Below the pieces are notes generated by a model that made no database searches, was not told the origin of the DNA, and worked only from the letters and a program-made list of their open reading frames with translations. A stretch of DNA of 63,845 nucleotides, counting the filler, from Intoshia linei (lineage: Eukaryota > Animalia > Orthonectida), in assembly GCA_001642005.1 (NCBI GenBank). It is 5 parts of 5 records of this genome, joined end to end, with 100 filler letters (N's around TTAATTAATTAA, not from the genome) between each part and the next. Parts side by side here need not be neighbours in the genome. Positions count along the whole stretch, not along the records: positions 1 to 30,932 come from LWCA01000366.1; 4 more parts are not named here. One strand, 5' to 3'. The position numbers were made by a program, and so were the translations under genes. This document shows, piece after piece, positions 13,600 through 26,000 of this stretch (position 1 is the first letter of the stretch; the number at the start of each line of letters is the position of its first letter).

Positions 13600-14094
13600 A
13601 TTATGACTTTTAGTGTATTTATTTGAAAGTTACATAATCGACTGTCTTTTACTAATCACAAAATAAAGGCTTCCATATCAAAATTAGTAATTTAATAACT
13701 TTTTCTAAATAATATTTAAAATATAGTTTTTATATAGAATATAAAAAAATTTAAATTTATAGTCGACAAGTAAATCGTATATTTTAATTATTTTGAAAAA
13801 TTAATTGAAAACGTTAGCCTCGGTAAAACTAGCTGATGTGAAAAAATTACAAGCCAGTGGTTTATATTTTAAACTAAATAAACATTCTGGATTGCAGGAG
13901 ATTTGCTACCGACGGATGGTTTGCGTATACTGACCCTGCTTTAGACACACAAAGTATTAATTTATTTACATTGTTATATTATATATGTTCATAACTTTGT
14001 TGCACAACAACTAATTATATAATTATTGACATTCTACGAAATATTTACATACTACAGATTACAATATTTCTGAATATTTTAAAATTATACCAAA

Positions 14095-17000
14095 ATGAAA
14101 ATTTTTATATCTATCTTGATCGTTTTTGTCATTTTGTGCTTAAATTTTGAAACAACTCAAGGTATTTTTAAAAATTGTCAATTTTGCCAATCAGATTGGT
14201 TTTTTAATCAATGCATATCATAATCAATATTGCAGAAATAATTAAATTATTAATATTGCAACTATACAATTTCACTATCAATATGATAATAATTACAACC
14301 GATATGATAATAACGTGTTAATAATTCAATGTGATAACATTTTGCAAGACAATAAAATAATCACAAGCAATGTGATAATAGCAATTATCAATGTGATCAT
14401 TGCTATATTCAAATTGATAATCAAATTATTAAGGGTTTCTGGTATATTTTGACCAACAATTAAATTGTAGTTAACGGGAAACGTAATATGGTTGTAATGA
14501 CACTACCTATAATATATTTTTTTATGTTTAAGGTGTATATTTAAGAAAAATATTCGAATTTTTTGAGTTTAAATTGTTAAAAATATCAGTGTTATTTGCA
14601 GGTTTATTTAACCATAATAGCTTCGAAACAAAAATATAAATTATTTTTGAAAATTTTTATATTTACTTTCAAATTAAGAATAGTCACAGTCAATGTAAAA
14701 ATAGCTATTATCAATGCAAGAATAATTACATTCAAAATGAGTGAAAAAATTTCAACTAAATTCAAAGTGAGAATTTATTACTATACATGTAACAATCATT
14801 AAATTGATTTATTGGGTAGAGTTTATAAATTCCATATGACGTGATATTTTTCACATTTTAATTATTTTATTTAGCATGTAATTTTCATTTAATTATTAAA
14901 TAATTACATAATTAATTAATTTAATATAACGTTTAAATAATATATGTTTGTATTTATATATATTGTATAGAATGTGTAAAACTGTGAAATGTACACATTC
15001 TATGGGTTAGTTGTAGAATGTGTAAAACGTTCATTTATATTTTAGTATAATTTTGGGTTTTAGAAAATTTTGTAAACCAAATTTTAAGGCGTTTTTAAAG
15101 TTTTTTTTGAACCAAACTTTGAAGAGAGGTTTTTAAGATTTTTTTTTAAACCAAACTTTAAGGGGGGTTTTTAGGAAATTTTTAGAACCAAACTTTGAAG
15201 AGGGTATTTTAGAATTTTTTTTGAACCAAACTTTGAAAAGGGGTTTTTAAGATTTTTTTTGTGAACCAAAATTTCAAGGGGGGGTTTTACGAAATTTTTT
15301 TTGACGATTTTGATTTGAGATAGGTTCACATAAAGTTTCTAAAACCCAAAATTAAACTAAAATGTAAATGAAAGTTTTACACATTCTAGGCAACATATAC
15401 AAACACTCATAAATAGACGAATTTCCATTAAATAAAGTTATATTGCAGTTTTGGATAACATCCTTGTATAGAAATATATTTTTAGAAATTTAAAAAGCCA
15501 CAACATATTTTAATCTACTGTAAATAGAAACTTTTTTGAATTACAATTTTTTAATAGTAGTTGTAATGAAGTATCAAGAATGCAAGAGTTATTAGCTCTA
15601 ATTCAGTGTTTCCCAACCGTGGGGTAAGGGCCCACTGGTGGGACATTGGAAATTTGATGGGGCCTACGACTTTTTGGTGGGGTCTGGGAAATATCACAAA
15701 TGTATATGATTATGAAACTTTAGATTAATTTATTGTTAATTTTATACAATATTATCAGGTTTATAAGTGGTTATGTGATACTTGAACCAATTAATTGTAT
15801 TATTAAATTATTAGAATGACAAAAAACAAATGAATCTTTAATGATCGTGGGCTATTGAATTCAAATTTAACTAAATGGATGAGTATATGCAAAATTATCC
15901 GACTTTGATTACTTTGGTTAAGATTGCCATTTCCATCCTCTTATTTAGCAGAATGCGGGTTTAGTGCAGTTTTAGACTTACTGACAAAAAAATAAATAGA
16001 CTACAAATTTCAAAAAGGGGAGATCTATGATTAAAGCTTACAACATTAGTACCTAATATTAATAAACTTTGTCAGAATCGTCAGGCTCAATCGTCTTATT
16101 AATTTTAAAAAATAAATACATTATTATTGTTTTTATTATTATTTTATTATAATTCGCTCGAATTTTTTTTTCAGTGGGGCCTGGGATTTTTTTAAAAGTA
16201 AAAATGGGGCCTAGCATAAAAAAGGTTGGGAAACACTGCTATAGTTGTTTACTTGAAGAGTTTAACAAAAATGTTGTTAATGTTTAATTAATACAATGAA
16301 GTTCTTATTTATCCAATACATCATCGTGGTAGCTGCACGATGATGTAACAGTAGTACCCGTCTTTTTCATCTTTTTCCACGATACAATATAAAAATAAGA
16401 AACGGCATAATTAAATATTTAATGCTAAGTTATAGTTAATAAGCATATTTTAAAAATATTAAAATTTTCTATTGGATACTTTTTATTTAAAATTTAAAAT
16501 TTATTTTAGCTCAAGGACCCTGTAATTATATTGACAATAGAATATCATAAATCTATGATAAATATATATATGATTAATAAATATATATTGATGAATTTTA
16601 GATGGTTATTATTAGAATATATTAATTATTCAGGTCCTACACCATTTAATTAATATGTAAATATGAAAATGTTTTATTTAGGAAGTAATTATTATTATTA
16701 ATTTTAAAATCATAAATTAAAAGTATTTGCAAGCATATTTACATTGATGGTAATAAACCAAAGTAGTTTATAGAAATATTTTCTATTATCTTCTTTTAAA
16801 TAGTGGATGAAAATGCTAAAACTTATTTTTTGTACTCACTTTTTCTAAAAGTAATTAATTTTTATTGCACTAAAATAGAATTTATGACTATTTTTTGGAA
16901 CCTACCAAATGTGAACAATGAATACAGTAGTAATACCTAGTGTAGTTTACAATATTTTAATTATTAGTCTAATGGAAAAAAAATTTGAAAACTTTATAAC

Positions 17001-20000
17001 TTTCATCGATTTAAGTTCGTATGATAGCATTAAGTTTGTGTAATGTCATCAAGTATGCTCGAGTTTAAGCCATCAGTGTTTAATAAATGCAACGTTTTCA
17101 ATATACAGGAATACATTAACCAAATAAATTATTTTTTATAAAGGACGTAAATTTTTAAATTGCAAATAAATTGGTACATATATACAATGAATCATCATAC
17201 ATGTATGATGTATTTACATAAAATTAATGTTTCCAATATTATTATTTTGATAAACATTATTGTAAATTTATTGAAAATGACGAAATGTTAAAACCAAAAT
17301 AGCATGTCATCAATTTATATTATTTTAAAATCAAAAATAATAGATACATGGTCGTGTTTATAGTCTAATGCTAAGACTGAAATATCATTTTGTACTTACA
17401 TTTTATATATTCTGTAATTTTTAAAATGTCATTTTGTACGTACATTTTATATATCTTGTGATTTTTAGAATCTCACATAAGATAATTTGGTGTCTAGGGG
17501 TTAATGACGTGTTTTCAAAGTTTTTATGAAATTATTTTTATACAGCTTTCCATTGTACTTAATTATGTCAATATTAATTGGATAGATTCAAAAAAAATAT
17601 TTTACTCAAAACTATATAACAATTATGTTTGATAAATATCGTTTTTTGAGTGTTGTACTGTATAATTATAATCTACAGATATTGTACTTATTTATAGTTT
17701 ATTTCATCCATTATAATAATATTTTAATTGGAATATTTATTCAAACTAATTTATTTAGAAGGTAAAATACAATGAATTTACAAAAATATAATTTAACTTA
17801 AAAAATTCAACCAATGATGCATTATTAATTGACTATATATATTATCAATATTACAATTATAAACGTTTTCAGTAATAAGGTTATGTTTGCAATCAATAGC
17901 ATTTTATTATGGAAGTGTTAACATTTAACTATTGGCTGTAAATTTTTTTGAAATAAACATTAAAATTATAATGTTCATCATAGTAACCAGTCGAAATTCT
18001 TATGTTACTATTTTATTTAAAATAATTAATCTTTTATCAACCTATCAATATACAAAATGTACAACAATAATATCTTAAACCATCAATTAATTAAATGTAA
18101 TATGAATTAATATCATATAATCTTCATTTTAATTTAAAATTTAATATATAAATCAAATTTTTAATTGTGTTTGCGTTTCCAAGGCTTTACTATATTTTTA
18201 TAGATCGATAATTTAAAATATTTTTTTGTTACCAAGTAGATTTGTTTCTATTATTGATCTGATTCCGTTAATGGACTGAAATTTCGATGCCCCTTTTTAA
18301 GCCAATAGTGGATGCTTCACTGTACGTTTAAAGTACGTTTTTCGGTGTTGCGAAAAAAAATTAAATTTTCAATAAATTTTAAGTTTTATCATAAAACGTA
18401 CTTCTTTTGTAGGTCGCTTTAATTTAATCGATTTAATTTGAATCGGTATTCATTGGTTGGTAATGTATCTATTATAAAAGGTACAAAAATTTTATGACTG
18501 TTTTTAATAGGCCGTAATTTATTGTATCGAAAGACATTTCATTGCTTTTATTATGTAATATTTATATGAATAATATTAACAATGTAAATTAAAATATTTA
18601 ATTTTGTCTAGACGGTAAATATAAAATTTTAAATAATTACGTTTAACCCCCATATAGCGTACACAAAAATGTTTATTTTAGAACACGTTAAGCCTTACTT
18701 AAATTAATCTATATAAAGTTGAAATATATGGATATGTGAATAATATGTGATAATGTGATAAGAAATAATGTTATATATTGAAATATTGAAAGTTATGCGG
18801 ACCTAACGATAAGGAGTCCTTATCCTTATTAAGGAGCATGCATCATAATGTGCTTACATTATGGCCTCTACTACTTGATATTTTGAATACATTTAAATAT
18901 AAATTACCTGTTTTTACAATACATAAGTACTGGACTGGTATCATTAGATAAAATAGAAATTACAAGATATAGACTAACTATTTAATAAAAAGGTGGGTTT
19001 GGGTGATCCTCTTCTGCTTCTACCTTTGCTTGTCCCAAAACTGCAAACACAGGAACATGATATAGTAATCGTCAAATTGACCACTAAGTAGGTTCAATAT
19101 ATCAGTCAATTTATTAGTCATACATTAAACGTGTAATTACAACAAAATTTAGTATCCAACTCATATCGCACCGTATTTTCTGGATATTAATTAATATTAA
19201 CTTAATTAATCTAAGAAAAACCTTAAATTTAAATTTAATCTAAATTTAAGCAAACTGGGATGAATAAATCATACATAACCGTTGCTAATTATCAGATATG
19301 AGACCATTCCATCTAACACAATGATATTATCTTATATTCATAATCATTACATACAATCGTTACTTACATTTAATACATTTGGGTATATGTCTAGATTTAA
19401 TCACTCACTCATTCTCAGTGAACATTTGCGGAAGCGATTGAAATATACGCCACCAGTCTTATCTGTCATTATCCAGATCTTTGATGTATATCTTTACTGG
19501 TTTTTGATTGTGTTATATAGTTTTTATCTTTTAAAAATACAGTAGAGTATAGAGTACCTATAGTCCATCGAATTCTACAATTTTACAAAAAAATTAACAC
19601 CCTGCCCTACTCATATTAATATGTGTGTATATATAATATAATAATGTATTAATATAATATTGACAATTATTTTTTAATTTAATAAATTTTTAATTTTGGT
19701 ATTCTAGGATGTAATATCATAAAAAATAAATATTTTCACTCAATGCATGACAAGCATTTAAATTTATATTATATAATTTACACCGTAGCTTCTTTGTCTG
19801 TTGTCAGATGCTACCACATTTAATAATAAAAAATTTCCAAACCAAAACACAATTTATATTTAAGATTTATATTATTTACTTGCTAATATATAATATCTAA
19901 TAATAATATCTAGAAATAAAAAATGATTACTAAAAAAATATATAGTAAAATAAATAACCGTTTTCTACTTGAAATCTTACAAGGTTGTACAATATGCATA

Positions 20001-23000
20001 GATTTTACCACCACCCGACTGAGATTTTGAAACATTTTTTTGATTTAAAAAGACTATAATGGGCGTGGATTTCATATATATTTAATTTTAACAGTATACA
20101 CATGGGTGTTGTTTTTACCATTAATTTTTTAAAATACACATATATGTGTATTTTACTATCAATGGTTAAATAATCATATAATTAAGTTTTTCATATCTTC
20201 CAATATTTATCAATAAATTTACAGTATGTAATTTTAAATACTTACCGTATATAACATTATAATAAATATTAACGTTTTAAAATATAATATATTTAAATTA
20301 TATTAAATAGTAGGTAAAATTAAAGTTCGTAAATTTATTTAGATTATGTATTGACATTTTATTAGACCAGTACTAGAGCATAAACTACCTTACTCCGGAA
20401 CTTCTCTTGGGTGGTATAAATAAAATGTTAGTATAATTGGCCTCATTTCTATTTGGAAATTGATAATTAAAAAAATTTATATTTTTCAATATGCTAATTG
20501 TTGCGTCTCTAAATTAAATTTTCAAGTCCCGAACGTTGAGTGGTGGATAAGGGCTATGTAACATTACCGATGATTTGCTAAGATGTTCCTCGTAGTCTGT
20601 ATATGATTTATTGGTCGCTTTTAGTAGCTTTAGATCTTTATGGGTGACATTAAATTTAAAATAACAGCAGGGTTGCCAACTGCGTTATTTTCCCCCTGAG
20701 AATTCGGGTTTTCTAATTCAACTCAGGGCTCAGGGTTAAGTGATATTTCTCAGGTTAAGTTAATTATTTTAATTAAAATCATCAGATCAGACATATTTTA
20801 TTTATATTCTATAATTTTTTTCTCTAAAGTGGTTTCTGTTAAATATGAATACTGTATAATATAAATTTACGCTTATATGAATTTCATGAAAATAAAAGTT
20901 AGATTTGTATAGTATTTATTATGAAATAAAGTTTTTAATATGAATTTGTATTAATTTTCTATCACGTGACTTATAAATTTCAGAAAAGTAACCATTCAAT
21001 ATAAATTTGAATTTAAAGAAAAAAAGATTTTTCGATAAATGATAAAATAAAATTAATTAAACTGTTTGACGAATATTCAAATCGATCTTAAAAATATTTA
21101 GCCACCAAACACTCAATTTCAGTAGGTTTGATAAATAAGTCGTTAAAAAATCCTTAATTGTAATAATTTAAATTTGAATCAGATGAGACAACCTTGCCTA
21201 AGGAAATCTATGAAAATTGAATCAGTAGTTTCAATGTCAACGGACATTAAATATAAGTATAAGTATGAATATATTGAAAAAAATGACGGTGGAAGATGCC
21301 AGTCTTTTGAATTTGAACGATTTTAAGCATCTACTGGTTGTTAATTCTTTTTTAACCAGAGATTCCATTAAATCAAAAAAAAATTGTAGGAAAATCAAAA
21401 TTAGTAAGTGAGTCTAAAAGAAAAGAATGGAAAAAATTATTTTCTGAAACTGTAGAAAAAAATAGAAATGATAACATTTAACTGTGATAAAACCAGATCT
21501 TATAAAAGAAAGATCTTTAAAAAGAAAAAATTGAAAATAGCAACAAAATTATCAACTATTTTCTATTGCAAAAATACATACTTATACATTTGTGTTAATA
21601 TTCACTTGATTCGTAATTCATATTTATATTGTACAACCAACTCTATAATGAATATTCTAAATATCCGGTCCCTTGACATTCATATTGTACAGAAACCACT
21701 GTATTCATTTTGAAATTTGCAATAAAAATTGTGTGTAAACTTTTATTATTTTTTGAAAAAGACACCCAAAGTAAAAGAGGGCCACAAAAAATTTTCACGC
21801 TTCAGCCATGCTTGGCTCAAAACTCAGGGTTAAAAATAATTAATGTTGGCAACCCTGAATAACAGTCGATTACATTGAAAGTGTTTATATCTCACAGAAA
21901 TAACAGGTTTTAAATTATTATAACAAATCATAACATTAAAGGAGGTAAACGTTTCTATTATACAACTTAACTTGAAATATATTTTGGAACATACAAACTA
22001 TTAAAGCATATATATTTTTTATATCTTGTGTTTACTCAGCATGTAAGATTTTAACCTTATTTTATTTCCTAATCAATTAATATTTGTATAATTATTAATG
22101 TAAATTATTTAGTCAGTAAACTAATGAAAATTGTATAATTAATTGATGAGATCCAGGGTCCTCACCCTCGTGGCCGCTGTCATATTTTATTTTTATTATC
22201 AAATGTATTGTAATGCAATGCACATTGTATATTATAAATTATTTTTTATTCAAGTTTAAAATCCACATTTATCTACATCTAAATTTACATCATAAAGTAC
22301 TTTCAAATCACTAGAATATGTCGATAAAACAATGAAATTTTATTATACTGAATGTATAAAACTATCAATATAATAATATAAATGGATAGTAACTAAAAAT
22401 TATGAAATGTGTCTATCCGTCAAAAAGGTGGGATCCCTGGATTAGATATAAAAACAATATTTATAAATGTATAGCCATTTTCACATATATGTTAAAATTA
22501 ATAAACAATTTTATGGTTGTAAATGCTATTATAATTTAAAATTCTAGAATGTAACTTTATTTAAAATGTTCATCATTAATAATTATATGTATTTGTACAT
22601 TACACAAATAAAAAAAATAAATGTAGTTGTTAATTTAAACCACATTTTTTAGTTTGAGGCAGTTTTAAATGGAATAAATTATAAACTTTTTTATAAAATG
22701 CTATTTCTTTAACTTTAATATTTCATATTTAATATTATAAACATAATACAAATTTTGATTCATAATTTTTAATACTAAATTATATATATAGAGATGTATA
22801 GATTATATCTCTTAAAATATAATGTGGTTGAGATGATAGTCTGATTCACTTGACAAAAAAAAAATAACTTCACGTGAAAAACATGCTTCATTCTAATATA
22901 CATTTTAATATAATTATTATATAATGATTATTGGAAAAACATTATTATGAGAACGATACGGGATGACAACTGTGGAATAGAATAGAATCAACGCAATATT

Positions 23001-26000
23001 AGATGACATCAATAATAGGAATTTCTAATATGTGATGTTTATTAAATAATTATCAAACAATGTTTAATAATTATTAAACATTAAAAAATATAGTCCAAAG
23101 TCAAGTATAAGACCAAAAAATCAAAATTTCACAAATTAATGAGAAAATTACGCTAATTCAAATTATAATTAGTATTTTATAACGTCATAATCGTACAAAA
23201 AATCCAAAAAGTTAGAATTACTATCTTTAAATACAAAAAGTAAAATATTAAGAATAATTAGTGCAGAAAGAGTCATTTTTAAAAAATTTAAAGTACTACC
23301 AAGTAATGTGGTAATTTTGATATTTCTGTAAATCAATGCTTTAAACCAACTAATGTAAACAATAAGTTAAGTTAGAGTCTAACTGTTAGACAAAGGTATG
23401 TTGTATAGAGTTCTACTGTATTTATGAAAAAGTCAAGTGCATTTCATTCATGGACATTGTCCATTGGACAATGTTTTCAGAAATTACAGTGGAATATTTT
23501 TTATTTCTAGTAAATTTTCGTAATTTGTTAATCTGATTTTCAATTTGTTACTACAATATTTTTCCTAACGTTACGGTTTAAATAAACGACTACACTATTG
23601 TAAATTTGATATTTCGGATAACGTACATATTAAAAAATTTTTCTAATTATTTTAAACGTGTAGCAAGTATTATCATAAAATTATGTAAAGTAATTAGCAA
23701 ATAGTGTTACATTTTAATCAAAGAAGCGTTGTCAGATGTCGGGATTTTATCCCAAAGCCTAGACGACCGCTATATTATTATTTCAAAAATCCCACTTTTA
23801 TCCTGGCATTTATAAAATTTAATAAAATAAAATAATATTAAATAAAAAATGCAATCAAACCCTTAGGAAAAAATCTCCGTTTTGCAATATTTTTTTAAAA
23901 AATCCGATTTTACCAAACATTATGAGAAAAGTGCATTTAATCTAACCTTAATATAAAAACTCCATTTTACCAACCCTTAAAAGAAAAATTCGATTTTACC
24001 CACCCAAAAAAAGGGAAAAACCCCATTTTTCCAAATCTGAGAAAAATTTCTTATTCCAATTCTTTATTAAAAATTCAATTTACCAACCCAAAAAAGGGGA
24101 AAAAACCCCATTTTTCCAAAAATATTTTTAAAAATTAGATTTTACCAATCCTTAAGTGATAAATCTTATTCCGACCCAAAATAAAAATAAAATTTTACCA
24201 ATCCTTACCTCTTTAGTGAACAATGCTCTTTTATACATATTTATTAGAAAAATCTAATTTTATCAAACCCTTGCAGTGTTGCCGAACATACCGTGCCGTG
24301 TCTCTTTCGGGTAGAGCGTATATAAATTTTTCTAAAATGAGTGTCTCATTTTTCAAAATTGAACATTAAAAAAGTTATATTCTTAAATATCATAATGTGT
24401 TTAAATTTAAAATGCTAAGTCATGAGAACAACATTAACTCAATTTAGTGAATCTCTCTTTTGTTAAAAATTCCAAAAAAATGTGTTGGTAACGGTTATCA
24501 GTGCACTGCTTTGGCTGGATCAATGTTGATGTATGGAGCGCAGTAGCGGAACTAGGTGGGTACAGGGGGCTTACACCCCCTGGTGCGACAAATGTGATCC
24601 TAAAATATTTTAATTTGTGTATTAACATTATGAAAAATTAAAAAATATTCTAGGATCCATCATCCTACTTTTTATGTATATGATGATCATTAATCTATGT
24701 ATTATTTTTTATGCTACAATCATAGTAACATTAAATAATTTAAATTAAGTCAAATTATCGGACTTAAAGTTGTTTATAATCAAAAGAGAACTTGCCGAAA
24801 ATGTCAATTTTGATGCAGTTAACAACTCAACAGTTGAAGGTTCAATAGTGAAAAATTTAATAGAATGAAAACTAAAAAAAATATAAATTATTATAATATA
24901 TAGAAATATTAAATAAAAATTCTAATTTAAATACATTATATGCGTTTGACCCCTAATAGTTATATCGTTCTTCTCTGTCTGAAAAGCTTAGATCCGCCAC
25001 TAATGGATCCTACTGCCTGCAACGCTGTTATGCCTTTGTTTAATCTTTCCATCAATTGATTATTATCAAATATGACTATTTTATTATTATACATTATTGT
25101 GTACTGTAATTTTAAAACATTACTAATTATTTTATTATAGTTAGTAAAATGCCAATTTAAAGTTAAAATAGTATATATACATGATATATATAATATATAC
25201 AGTAGGGTGTCCACTTTTAACACTTTTGGTTGAATTAGAAAAATTATATTTTACTGAAAATTGGAAATGTAATTTAAAACATAAATATACAAGACAACAC
25301 TCCAAAGTCTGTAATTTATTCCACCTGAAAATTTTTAAACCTTTTTAAAAAACTAACTTTATTTAAATTAATGAATTAAAATTATTTAATTTAGAAGACA
25401 GTTTTAACTCCAATTTTTCATTTGTTCTAATTGTTGATCTTATAATTTCCATTTGGACAAGAGCTCGTTCCGATATTTTGTTGGTATAAATTACCTTCAT
25501 GGGTTTTAACTTTACATTCCAATGTCGTTTTAGACATTGACTTGCGGTAACATATTTTTTTCATTTAAATAGTTCGAAAGTTCATCCCAATCGGCAACTT
25601 CGGAATATCTAATATTAGTTTTATGATAATTTTTGATATATAAAATAATATTAATAATTACCTACAATTGCATAAGCATTTTACTTAATATTAACAAATA
25701 AAATCACATGCCTCGACCATCTTAGCGTCTCTTATTCCTAAGAGATATGCTTTAATAGCGTAAATTGCCTTTGTGTTCCATCTTGCATTGGATATAGGTC
25801 CTGGATATTTGAATAATATTTTTGGATTTTTTTTCAGATCGTTTAGTTAAGTAAGCATTGGTGAGATTATATAACTTGAAATAATCATTTCTCTATATAC
25901 CTTCAATATTAATGATATTTTTAATGTTTGTTGTTTCAACATAGTTATCTTTAAGGTTTTCAAAATTTGTTTGAACAAATGCAACAAATAGGAAGTTTAT

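Noticed and set aside
14590-14601. 12-nt candidate exon TGTTATTTGCAG (would add LLFA)
   Set aside because: Frame-compatible but the donor is weak and it could be an acceptor tract; left unresolved.
15075-15300. Regular ~31-bp repeats resembling a CRISPR array
   Set aside because: No unique spacers, no cas genes and a eukaryotic context; it is the core of a foldback element.
17303-17554. Extra micro-exon candidates CAT (17303) and CTTTCCATT (17546-17554)
   Set aside because: Either one placed directly before AAG (17759) creates TAA. Left out of the model, though they could be alternative exons.
22653-22661. 9-nt candidate exon TTTGAGGCA
   Set aside because: Gives an in-frame TGA in phase 1 and has a weak donor.
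24274-25027. Outer element with CAGTGTTGC/GCAACGCTG ends
   Set aside because: Only a short imperfect TIR match and no TSD.
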